A DNA stretch of 64,000 nucleotides, from contig NC_043001.1 of the NCBI RefSeq assembly GCF_006345805.1, positions 96,844,001-96,908,000 on the forward strand, read 5' to 3'. Every line of letters starts with the position of its first letter. The stretch's first letter is position 1. Below the pieces are notes generated by a model that worked only from the letters and a program-made list of their open reading frames with translations, was not told where the DNA came from and did no database searches. A program made the translations under genes and the position numbers. This DNA comes from Octopus sinensis. Taxonomy: Eukaryota. Positions 53,000 to 64,000 of the stretch are shown in pieces.

Positions 53000-53330
53000 A
53001 TTATCCTCCAGAAACGAATCGATACACAAAATGTATAAAATAAACACTGATCAACAATGCGTATACAAACAAGATATTACACGAAGCTATAGAACAATTT
53101 AGACACAAAGTGGAATGCCATAAATACATGAAACTCCGAAAGTTAAAATATACAGACGGCACACATGTTGTATAATGTGAATCAACTGCGTCCAGTCGTA
53201 AAGAAATTATCGAAAATTCTCGTAAAATAGAACTCAAAATGCATTGCAGATTGACATGAACTAATGTCAGTAATAGAATGCAAAAAAATTGTTTAATTGA
53301 AATTTTCCTGACAAATAACAAGTCATAAAC
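53000..53330 (+). mobile_element. Possible Penelope-like RT C-terminal relic
   Basis: The plus frame TLINNAYTNKILHEAIEQFRHK resembles the L.NNGYP..I...I..F thumb motif. Confidence 0.3.
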
Positions 53331-53745
53331 TTGTAAACCCGAAATCAAACTGTAAATAATCTGATTTACAAATTTAGGTGCAAACGTGGAAAAGTTTAAT
53401 TTTCACGATAACTGTTATTTTGTCATTTAAGGACAGCATTGTATACGTCGGCTCATGCACACCTAAATTTCCATTGATCTGTATTGTAATATTTGTAATA
53501 TATATGGTTGTTCTTGTTGTTGTTCCTAGTTTGCGAGTGAAATATAAATGCTGTCCTTTGCGTCATATAAGTATATGTGGGGATATTCAATTATAGGGTG
53601 TAGGTTTATACCTGAATGCACCCACATACGTATGTGTGTGTATAAAGGTATATATATGTGCGTCTGTGTCGATTTACATAAATATATATATACACACATA
53701 CATTTACATAGCTTTAGACACATATGCATACATATTAACGTGCAT

Positions 53746-53783
<38 letters not shown>

Positions 53784-53900
53784 GCATGCATATATATATA
53801 TATATATATGTAGGTATGTATATCACGGAGATGTTCTTGCATAGCGAGTGACTTGATCTGAGATCGTGAGCTAAAACAGAGTGCGTAATGTATGGTATTT

Positions 53901-53954
<54 letters not shown>

Positions 53955-54242
53955 TTAGTAATATGATATATATATATAATATATAATGATATTAAAGCAA
54001 GATTCAAGGATGTTATATAAGCTTCGATGAGTAGAAGGTATAAAGAAATAACTTTCAGAAACAATCGTTGTTTATTGGCGGAGAAAGTTTGTAAATTATT
54101 CCCATATTGAAATTTGATAAGCTAAAAGTTATTTTATAGTTACCGTTAGAAACTAAATTTGCTATACATGCAACAACTCACTTTAGATCAAATCTCCTGT
54201 AACCTCATGTAGATCAAATCTCTTGTGATGACTATGTAACCC

Positions 54243-54430
54243 TCATTTAACTAAGGTATATTCGACCTGATGATTAGCTCGTGGAGTACCCCTCGTCGAG
54301 TAATTATTACTTCCGTGGTTCTGTTAGCCAGGAAACATATGTAGCCTAGAATTTACTTAGGAAGTAATAATTGCTCAATGAGCGATACTCCACCACTTAC
54401 GCATGAAGCTGAAGATAATTAGTTAAATGA
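54243..54430. repeat. Imperfect ~190-bp foldback (MITE-like)
   Basis: Nested inverted pairs tcatttaactaa/ttagttaaatga, gtggagta/tactccac and gagtaattattacttcc/ggaagtaataattgctc. Confidence 0.65.
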
Positions 54431-55199
54431 AGATTAAATTGTCGCCAAGGGATCCCAAGTTAACTCGCAAGAGATTTAATCGAAACTGACTGGTAACGAA
54501 CGGAATAAGAGAGCAAAATAGAAAAACATATGTATGACGAAATAAGATATGGGAGTGGACAATTGCCTCAGGTTAAGAATAAGAATATAGAAAAGGAGAG
54601 GCGTAAGACGGGCGAATTTTCTCTAGATTGAAGTTGATTAGGGAAAGACATTTGTGAATATAAGGCTGAGGTCATTTGCCATGTCAACTGTAAATAAATG
54701 AATAAATATATTTTGCACCCATGTTTAAACATTTAAGCAAAATCAAAAAAACTAAGAGAGAAGAATTGTAGGGGCAAAATTGTGAGGAGAAGAAGAGGGA
54801 GAGAAAATTGACGAGTGGTAGGGTAGCAAAGTGAAATTGTCAGAAGAGAGGAAGTAAAAGGAGGCGGGAGAGAAAGCTTAGGTCAAAAAGGGAACATAGT
54901 AGAACTAGGCAAATTGGTGGTTTATCAATTTGGTGGTTTATCACAACAAAATCATAGATATGGATATTCGCGGGCACGCGTGAATTTTCTCTAATCGTCT
55001 GGAGAATTTTATAGGTGTGCATGTACCTGCATATTCTCATGTGCAGAGTGGAGGATGTGAAAGGCATCACGAGGTTCGGAAAATATAAAGCTTGTTAAAA
55101 AAGTTGTATTATAAATACAAATAGCTGCAAGTGGGGTGGGGTGGAGGAATAGTTAGGGAATAATACGTGGGGCGCTATTATTTGTACCTCGAGAATGGG

Positions 55200-55680
55200 T
55201 TAAATGATCTGTGTCTACAATTATAAATTAAATTGTTTCTTTCACTCAGTCAATTGTAGAATTTCATAATAGAAGAGACTTCCGCGATGCAGAGATCGTA
55301 TTTATTACTATAACCGTTATAATGATGGGCATGTGTAACTATGGAAAATTTGAAATTATATAGAATTGAACTTTGTTTTAGATTATGAATCAACCGGAAT
55401 AAAAACGTATTGTTATTTCTGGCTTGGGATTTCAAACTAGAATAGTGATTCCCAAATCTGATCTTGAAGGTGGAGCTACAAAAACCGATGTATGCATCCT
55501 TAGAATTCTTAGCTGAAACTGTGCATTTGTATACATTTTTGTGAGGCATCTATGATCCAGAGGGCAAAAGATGGGGCGTGCACAGCTGCATAGTATTCTA
55601 CAAGGTGCTAAAGTGAAATTCACGGGGTTATGATTATCTACGGTTTGTCTGGTGTATATAACAGAAAATTGCATAGAATT
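55200..55680 (-). mobile_element. Penelope-like GIY-YIG endonuclease fragment (Naiad-like)
   Basis: CSC...CPLDHRCL (frameshift) NVYKCTV...AYIG...FKIRF.NH.SS...T.L.R.I.NLK...F.IV..A..Y......CI.E...I...CRH. Confidence 0.8.
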
Positions 55681-56557
55681 ACTAGGAAAATATGTAGAAA
55701 AAAATCTGATTAAAAAATGTGAATAATACAGTCGTGTTCTTTATATTTTACAAAGATTCTCACTTCTCAAAGACGCTTATATTGATGCCGCAACGGTTAT
55801 TATTTTTGGTCAACATTGCACCGTTATATGAAGGTGCTTATATCTGCCATGAATTTCCTTATATATTTATACCAATTGACATACCATTTTTTTAGCACTA
55901 AGAGATTCTGACAAAGTATTACTGAGAACCGAAATTAATCGATTTGAAGTTTCATACTAGTTGCTTACATTCTCTTGTGTAATCAGCAGACTATGATTTC
56001 ATAAGGTTAAATATATATTTATTAGAAATACGATTGTAGTATTGTTCAAAAATGTTATACCTCTACAAACATATATATATACACACACAACCCGGCACAC
56101 ACCCAATACATATACGTCTCTGTGCTATATATATATATGCGTGTGTGTGTATATTTGTGCATATATGTGCGCACTCACATCTGTATGTATGTATAATTTC
56201 TGTGAAAGGTAAAGACTCAGACCTGTGACCGAGGAACATTTATTTAATAGGCTATGCCTATATTTCGCTACACACACACACACACACACACACACACCAC
56301 ATATATATATATATATACCATAATTGTATTTCCTTGAGGCTATTTAATTTAGATGCATTATAAAATTTCATTCTATTACTCTATTATTACCTGAAGCAAG
56401 AATTGCCTCTATTGTTATTGTGCTTTTAACTAAGGTCCTGCACAAATGCAAAAAATTTATTTGAGTCTAGACTATGATATATATATATACATATTATATA
56501 TATATATCGGCGTACGTAGACTTTGTTCTCTCTCTCTCTCACTCTGTATATATATAT

Positions 56558-56588
<31 letters not shown>

Positions 56589-56593
56589 GTAAT

Positions 56594-57112
56594 CAGGGTG
56601 CAGTGAATTAACTGTCGTCTAAATTGCGCAAAAATGAAAATACCACTAACATCTCATTTTGACAGATATATTTACCAAAATTACCTAAAATTATCTTGAG
56701 TTAATTCATTCACTAAAATCGCCATTGGCTTCAACCACGGCGCCCTAGAGAACTTCGGAATTTCCTGCAACTCTTGTAGACGGTACTTGTTTAAGTTGTT
56801 GAGTGTTGCCATAATCTTTGCCTTCAGTTCGTCTTGGCGTTAAAAAGATTTGTTGGTCTGACGCTCAACTGCGCCCCACATATAATAATCAAGGGGGATG
56901 AAGTCTGTTGCATTAGGTTGCTAGATGTTAGGGGTGACGTGGTCGCAGAAATTGTCTGACAGCCATGACTGGCTTCTCCTGCTTGTGTGGCATGACGCAG
57001 AGTCCTGTTGCCAGACATAGAGTCTTTCATCAGCCAGTCTCTTGACCCAGGGCAGCACTACCTCCGGAGAATACACTTGACAAAATTGACACACATGGGG
57101 ACAGAACCCGCA
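56594..57112 (-). mobile_element. Tc1/mariner maT (DD37D) transposase 3' fragment with TIR
   Basis: YVWQQDSASCHTSRRSQSWL...*QPNATDFIPLDYYMWGAVE; 37 residues between the last two D. Terminal cagggtg at 56594. Confidence 0.85.
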
Positions 57113-57174
57113 ATTCATACAGACACGATTATCTCTCTCTCTCTCTCTCTTTTCTCTCTCTTTTTGTCACTCAG

Positions 57175-57208
<34 letters not shown>

Positions 57209-57333
57209 TGTGTGTGCGTGTATGTATGTATATGTATATATATATATATATATATATGTATATGTCTGTATATATTCATATATAGACATATACATATATT
57301 TATATATATATATATATATATTATATATACATA

Positions 57334-57379
<46 letters not shown>

Positions 57380-57380
<1 letters not shown>

Positions 57381-58212
57381 TAATAAATATAAGTGTAGCA
57401 AAAAATCTCTAGAAAAAATTCTCCGCTACCAGCGGTCTAGTGAGAAAGAAGAGATAGTCAAAGACTATATAATATACATTCAACAATATAAGGAATGGCC
57501 CTAATAGGCCATTCGACTCACTAGAAAGAACAGCCAAACTCAAACTGCTAAATAGCTGTAATTCTGAAATTGAAAGAGAAATAAAAACATTTACCCTTTT
57601 CATCTCTGCATAGTTTCGACAAACTTTGGTAAAGAAATTAATTAAATTAAATTTATTTACAACTGGCGTGTTTATTTCTCTTTCAATTTCAGAATTACAA
57701 CTATTTAGCGGCTTGAGTTTGGCTGCTCTTTCTAGTGAGTCGAATGGCCTACTAGGGCAATTCCTTATATTGTTGAATGTATAACATATAGGCTTTGACT
57801 ATCCTTTCTTTCTCACTAGACCGCTGGTAGCGAAGAATTTTTTCTAGAATTTTTTTGCTACCCTTATATTTATTAATTAATGATTTTTTGGCTAATTTTG
57901 AAATTAAATCAGCAGTTTATATTTGCTGCTGAGAAGACCGCGCGGTGGCGGTGGATTTTGCCGTCGCCTCGTGGACATATACTCGTCCTCGGCTTCTCTG
58001 CTGACGAGACACGCCAGTTGTAAATAAATTAAATTTAATTTAATTAATTTGTTTACTAGTTTGTCGAAACTATGCATAGTCCAGATATGAAAAGGGTAAA
58101 TGTTTTTATTTCTCTTTCAATTTCAGAATTACAACTATTTAGCGGCTTGAGTTTGGCTGCTCTTTCTAGTGAGTCGAATGGCTATTAGGGCCATTCCTTA
58201 TATCGTTGATTG
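57380..58212. mobile_element. TA-flanked non-autonomous HHR-bearing element: inverted arm plus ~1.25 tandem copies (period ~434 nt)
   Basis: 57380-57670 is the reverse complement of both 57671-57875 and 58010-58210. tttatttctctttcaatttc recurs at 57671 and 58105. (TA)n on both sides; no RT ORF. Confidence 0.85.
57994..58091 (+). ncRNA. Complete type I hammerhead ribozyme
   Basis: Stem I TCTG(57997-58000)/CAGA(58082-85) plus TTC/GAA after a 3-nt bulge. Core CTGACGA (58001-07). Stem II GACA/TGTC with a 13-bp extension. GAAA (58066-69). Stem III ACTA-TGCA-TAGT. Cleavage triplet GTC (58079-81). Confidence 0.85.
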
Positions 58213-58213
58213 T

Positions 58214-58281
<68 letters not shown>

Positions 58282-58629
58282 TAATATATTTATATATATA
58301 TATATATGGATGTATATATACATGTATTTATGTATATATGATGTATATATATATCAATATTTCTAATTCTCTCTAAGGGAGACTGCGGTAGCAGTACTGG
58401 ATATTAATAGTTATCACCAAGCTAACATGGCAATCCAGATAAATTCGACGAATGCTGCCGTTGATTAGCTCCAAGAGGCCATTGCTTCTAGCTAGCTATG
58501 TAGCGCACAAATCTTTGTCCATTAAAACATTCGGAGAGGTGAGGTCAGCAGCTTCCACTTGCTAGTCTGACAGCCACAGACTAGTTTCGAGGTAGTTGCC
58601 ACTTATAAATATGCAGTAGCCGAACTCAG

Positions 58630-58664
<35 letters not shown>

Positions 58665-58751
58665 TATATATAGATATATATATACATATATACATATATA
58701 TACATGCACACACATAGTGATACGTATATGCATATATACACACCCACACCC

Positions 58752-58783
<32 letters not shown>

Positions 58784-59329
58784 GCATACATATATATATA
58801 TATATAAATATATACATATGTATATATGCATATATATATATCTGTATGTGTATGTGTGTATATATATATATGTGTGTTGTGTGTGTGTGTGTTGTATAGT
58901 GGCTATATGCGTACATGCAACAAGTTATGTAATTCTAATTTTCCGTATTTATATTAAATCTCAAATGTAATCTTTCTACTTGCGTCGAATTAAAGCAGAA
59001 TCAAACGATTAAAAATGAATAAATTACAAAATTTAAAAAAATAAAAAAAATGAATGCTATACGAAAAATATATGAATATTTGTGTATGTTCCGATTCATA
59101 TGTATATACACGCGTATGTAGACAAGTATATATTCTTATATACATGTGTTTGTGTGCGTGTGTATGTGCGTCTGTGTGTTTGTTCATTGTGTGTGTTTTT
59201 GTATATATATATGTACATACATCAACACGCCTAACAACACACATTCGCATCGTGTGTGTTTACGCATACATGTGTATGCCTTATATATATATATATATTA
59301 TATATATTATAATATATATATATATATTA

Positions 59330-59404
<75 letters not shown>

Positions 59405-60279
59405 GTGTATATATATTATACATATGCATATTATTATATGTGTGTGTATATATTTTATACATAGTTATTATATTATATATATATATATATATAGATATAT
59501 ATATATATATATATATACCTATATATATATTATGTATTCATGTATATGTCTGTGCGTGTACGTGTATGTGTGTTTATATTACAATTCGTATATACTCAGA
59601 CTAGATTCAGTGTTACACCTAGCGATACGCATTCACATATATCTTTATTTATTTGTCGAATCATATTAAATTTTATATTCCTGTTAGCAATTCTAATATA
59701 ATAATTTTTAGAAATTAAAAACAGAAAAAACGTAACACAGATTTCAATGGTTGAAGTGGTATTTGTGCTAATCGTATTAGTGGCCGTCGTATTAACTGTA
59801 GTTATATTCACATTAGGAAAAAGAATGAAATTCGCAATAGCATTTTATATTAGTATTAAAAATAAAGCCGCAGTTATCATAGTAATAGCAACAATAACGA
59901 TGTTAATACTAACAACGACAATAATTATAATAATATAATAATAATTTTTATTAGCCTCAGGGACTCGAAATATATAAATCAATACAATGCCTTATACATT
60001 GATGATGGGACATAGTAATAAATAGGTGGTGAGGTAGATAAATTATATGAAGGGGAAAGAAATGTAAAAAGCTTTGTTATGTTGTGAAAATATGTATACA
60101 TACAACAAAATATGTGTTTTTTTTCTTTAGCTCTGTTACTTAGAAAGGCAGGCGCCTGTCTGTGGCGTATTTTACAACATTATTCTAAACTGGACACCGG
60201 TTCGTTGCAGTGTTCAAGGCAGGGAATATTTTTGGTGGAGAATATGCACATCCATTGCATCGATCGCAGATCTCGTCTA

Positions 60280-60420
60280 TTGTATTTTGTCGACAACGGA
60301 AAGAATAAAGATAAAGTCAACATCGGCGTGGCTTGAACTCAGAGCGTAAAGATCTGTAAGAAATGTCGTTAACCATTGTATCCGACACGCAAACGTATCT
60401 ACCAGCCGTTAGCCTCAATA
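60280..60420 (-). mobile_element. SINE family B, degenerate
   Basis: ataaagtcaacatcggcgtggcttgaactcagagcgtaaag. Confidence 0.55.
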
Positions 60421-60631
60421 CAACGACTCTGGTGAATAAGTTTAAAATGTACGAAAACGCACAATACTGACAGCTTGGCTTAGAAACGAACAATCACCTG
60501 TTCAGTTATTGCGGGTCTGAAAACCGTGAACTATTCACCACCCAACAATTCTGATAAAAGAGACTCACTGCATTTTTGTCTTGTTCACTGCTAGAGAATA
60601 AAAAATCTTCGGTTATGAGCTCAGTACTTAC

Positions 60632-60791
60632 AGTGCACAAAAGAGGGCTCATGCATTGTAGATCTTTGCCGTGTAATACCTTGTATTTTGCATAAGTCCC
60701 TTATATGCTTCTCAGTTATGCGAAAGGATGTGAATTTAAATACATTCAAAAAGAAGGCCGTTTCCTCCTCACAAGACACAGATTCCCCTAA
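60632..60791 (-). CDS. Candidate coding exon (160 nt, phase 0 to 1)
   Basis: cctcatttccAG acceptor and ACT|GTAAGT donor. Only one frame is open: LGESVSCEEETAFFLNVFKFTSFRITEKHIRDLCKIQGITRQRSTMHEPSFVH. Confidence 0.55.
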
Positions 60792-61277
60792 CTGGAAATG
60801 AGGTATTTCGCGGCAAGAAATATCTCACCTTTGATGAGAAGGATACACATTACCGCGTTTTTTTACTTGACTTAGCTCGATTGACTATTTGTACCATGAG
60901 GAGGCGGACATCACTATTGCCAAGAGCTAACATTTTCGACTCGAGTCTTGATTTCGTGCCCGGACCAACAACATTCAGTATTCACTTATGCTATATGTAT
61001 TCTTTTAGGCTTTCTTTCCTGAATGACCTTGAATGCCTTTCACTGAATCATATATAGCAACGGATTTGCACCCCCAATTCTGAGTTCATGTCCTTCCTCT
61101 CAACAGCATTTACGGTATATAATGCTGGTATTGTGCTGCAGTCTCGCTTCATCATGAGAACATTTAAGTCGGTGGTCACTACTCCCAACCATATATCGTA
61201 TAAGGGCACTCTGAACATTTTCCCTTATTGCGCCAAAAACAGAATACGAGCAGGAAGTTGGCACTCTCACCGTTTAC

Positions 61278-61377
61278 CTTGAAGATGATACTTATGTTTC
61301 TACTCCCGATTATTCTGGAATTTGTTGAATAGTCAGTTATGTCTGGGTAGTTCTGGTCTGTACTTTTGCTGTGGTCA
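61278..61377 (-). CDS. Candidate coding exon (100 nt, phase 2 to 0)
   Basis: ttttcaaatAG acceptor and AAG|GTAAAC donor. Only one frame is open (DHSKSTDQNYPDITDYSTNSRIIGSRNISIIFK), in phase with 60791. Confidence 0.5.
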
Positions 61378-61419
61378 CTATTTGAAAATCACGCATAATG
61401 ATGATGATGATGGTGATGG

Positions 61420-61453
<34 letters not shown>

Positions 61454-61495
61454 AAAAATTATAATGCTATTATTATTATTATTATTATTATTATA

Positions 61496-61822
61496 GACGA
61501 TTTAAAGTGAGAGATACGAAGGTTAAACAACTATGACGATTTAAAGTGGGAAATTCGAAGGTTGTGGTCAATGAAGAGATTAGACGTGGTGCCAATAGTA
61601 ATTGGTACATTTGGTTGCATCAGTTCTCACCTGGCCACTTGGCTAGGAAAATCGGTGCACACGCGAAGGTAGAGCACCTGCAAAAATCAGTATTGCTTGG
61701 AACTGCAAGAATTCTTCGCAGGGTTTTTGAAGCATGACCAGTAAGCAAGTGCCATTTTAGTCTACTGGCTGCGGACGGCTGATACTTTCCATCTTACTCA
61801 GCAACTAAGCTGTGAGTTTTAA
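61496..61822 (+). mobile_element. R4/Dong-like 3' end
   Basis: YDDLKWEIRRLWSMKRLDVVPIVIGTFG...LQKSVLLGTARILRRVFEA*; (ATT)n upstream, (CAA)n downstream. Confidence 0.85.
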
Positions 61823-61878
61823 TACAACAACAAAAGCAACAGCAACAACAACAACAATAACAACAATAATAATACTAT

Positions 61879-61915
<37 letters not shown>

Positions 61916-62755
61916 AATGGTGATGGTGATGGTGATGGGGATGGTGGTGGTGGTGGTAGTGGTGGTGGTGGTGGTGGTGGTGATGACGATGACGATGATG
62001 ATGATGATGATGATAGGTACAAGGTTTAAAATTTGAGGGTAATTGCTCAGGATATTACAGCAACTGGAGTCCTCGACTTGAGCTGGATTATGATCGAAAT
62101 CCAAAAGTAATGCTCTAGAGAGATTCTGCAGGATTGTTTGAGCTGAATTCTAAAGTTACTGATGGAAAGCCAGATGTTAGATACACTTTGGGTGGTCAAT
62201 CATCTTCACAATAAGAACTGAGAATGGTATTCGATGTAAGAAAATCTGTTGTATTTGCCATCATGACAAAATTGTCGATTCTAAGTTTCTAAAAGAAGTT
62301 TAGATTTTACTCAAATTGTACGCGGTTTCTCATAGTCGAAAATAGAACAGAAAGCTTAGAAAAGCAAAAAAAAAAAAAAAAAAGAGAAAGAAAAAAGAAC
62401 GAAAATATCAAATCTATAATCATTGAACTCAAGAACACGATGAAGAGAATTTGAAACATAAATATACCAAGAAATGAGAACTATACGACATGAATTATCT
62501 TTGAAAATAACTGCTTGAATTGTTCCAATTTGAAAAGAGCTACTTGTAAAATAGACTAAATCAATAATTTATCAAAATGTCGATTTGACTGCTAAACCTG
62601 TTGAAGAATTCTGTTTTCAAAGTTGGTTTCATAAATTATAAAGCAGACATATTGTCTGTATGAACCTGCTACAAATTATGCCTCAGCATCATCTGCTTCA
62701 ACTACTTTTATACATTCTGATAGTCTGTCTGTAACAGCAGCAGACAATGGCTCAC

Positions 62756-62805
62756 CAGTTTTAAAAGCCAGTTTTATATTCATGTCATATTTGTGGATGG
62801 AGTAA
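62756..62805 (-). CDS. Candidate 50-nt exon (YSIHKYDMNIKLAFKT)
   Basis: cattctcactcgtcAG acceptor and CTG|GTGAGC donor; a single open frame that continues to GEPLSAAVTDRLSECIKVVEADDAEA* if unspliced. Confidence 0.35.
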
Positions 62806-62979
62806 CTGACGAGTGAGAATGTGGTCATGTTATAGCAGAAGATATGCATAAATGTGTGTGACAATGTATCTGTGTATGTTATATATGCATTCATTTACGC
62901 TTTTATCTTGAGGCTGTAACCAGAAAGGATTTGTGTCCGTATATTATTGTATATGTATATATGTGTGTGTATGTATGTG

Positions 62980-63034
<55 letters not shown>

Positions 63035-63113
63035 TATAAATTAGAGATAAAACCACTGTTATGCAACTCAGACAGTGATTGACGTAAACCAAAACATAAA
63101 TAACAATAATATA

Positions 63114-63202
<89 letters not shown>

Positions 63203-63205
<3 letters not shown>

Positions 63206-63470
63206 GAGGCGCAATGGCCTAGTGGACTCGCGGTCGTAGGATCGCGGTTTCGATTCCCAGGCCGGGCGTTGTGAGTATTTATTGAGCGGAAACACCTAAA
63301 AGCTCCACGACGCTCCGGCAGGTGGTGGTGATCTCTGCTGTACTCTTTCACCACTCTTTCTTCTTTTGGCAGGGCTCGCTTAGCAGGGTGGCGTCATTCA
63401 AAGGCTAAAACAATGTGACCAGCGATGTGTAACAACATGTGATGGTCTGGTCGGTCAAGTGATCATGTGT
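63203..63470 (+). mobile_element. tRNA-derived SINE (further family)
   Basis: gtggaggcgcaaTGGCCTAGTGG (A box) ... GGTTTCGATTCCC (B box) directly after a (TA)n tract. Confidence 0.7.
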
Positions 63471-63481
63471 GATATATATAT

Positions 63482-63890
63482 GCTCTTTTCACTTGTTTCA
63501 ATCATTTGACTGTGGCCATGCTGGACCTTTAGTCGAGCAAAACGACCTCAGGACTTATTCTTTGTAAGCCTAATACTTTATAAGCCTAGTACGGTCTCTT
63601 TTTCTGAACCGCTAAGTTACGGGGACGAATACACACCAGCATCGGTTGTGAAGCGATGTTGGGGGTGGGTGGGACAAACACATACACACAAACATATACA
63701 AACACATACATATATATATACATATATACCACAGACTTCTTTCAGTCCTCTCTACCAAATCCACTCACAAGGCTTTGGTCGACCCGAGGCTATAGTAGAA
63801 ACACTTGCCCAAGATTCCACGCAGTGGGACTGAACCCGGACCCATGTGGTTAGTAAGCAAGCTACCTACCACACAGCTACTCCTGTGCGG
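63482..63890 (-). mobile_element. SINE family A, near full length
   Basis: Tail ttgtttcaatcatttgactgtggccatgctgg, central TA tract, and head gtgggactgaacccggacccatgtggttagtaagcaagctac. Confidence 0.9.
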
Positions 63891-63894
63891 ATGT

Positions 63895-64000
63895 GTGATA
63901 AGAGGTTTAATTCCCAACCTCATGCTTCCGGGTTCAGTCCAGTTCTTTGCCACCTAGGGCAAGTAGTTCCGACTGTAGCCTCACGCCGACCAAAACATTG
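63895..64000 (+). mobile_element. SINE family A 5' part (runs off window)
   Basis: ttccgggttcagtcc...cacctagggcaagt...tagcctc.cgccgaccaaa. Confidence 0.7.

Noticed and set aside
53001-53348. 115-aa hydrophobic minus-strand ORF resembling a membrane receptor
   Set aside because: No receptor motifs; better explained as the antisense frame of a decayed A-rich (PLE-like) coding strand.
53370-53470. 11-bp inverted repeat aaatttaggtg/cacctaaattt
   Set aside because: Short and AT-rich with no TSD; insufficient to call a MITE.
54267-54500. CTGATGA at ~54268 and a GATTAAAT/ATTTAATC-GAAA stem at ~54430-54475
   Set aside because: The first lacks GAAA after the stem; the second lacks the CUGANGA core and stem I. 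Not called as hammerheads.

Overview
AT-rich, microsatellite-saturated eukaryotic DNA. The SINE families and the (TA)n/(CA)n/(TACA)n load suggest a coleoid cephalopod (octopus-like) genome; this is inference. There is no intact long gene. Nearly all ORFs in the supplied track are translations of microsatellites or antisense frames of decayed transposons. The window is mostly a graveyard of mobile elements. It holds three R4/Dong-like REL retrotransposon fragments sitting in trinucleotide tracts, Tx1/L1, Hero-like, RTE and CR1 fragments, and two clades of Penelope-like elements (Neptune-like RT+GIY-YIG; Naiad-like GIY-YIG). It also holds a DD37D maT transposase relic, a hAT MITE, a HINE-like element, a 409-bp Helitron whose empty site is present in the same window, and about 25 tRNA-derived SINE copies. 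Scattered open exons with canonical splice sites suggest a long-intron gene on the minus strand that I cannot identify. The most interesting signal is a set of hammerhead-ribozyme (HHR) cassettes in small non-autonomous elements. These are (i) a complete type I HHR at 57994-58091 inside a TA-flanked, ~434-nt-period tandem/inverted element, (ii) a tRNA-headed (Pol III) SINE carrying a minimal Penelope-type HHR at 23517-23766 with an inverted copy, and (iii) a third minimal HHR family at 44301. Every minus-strand HHR copy is catalytically broken, while the best-preserved copies are on the plus strand.
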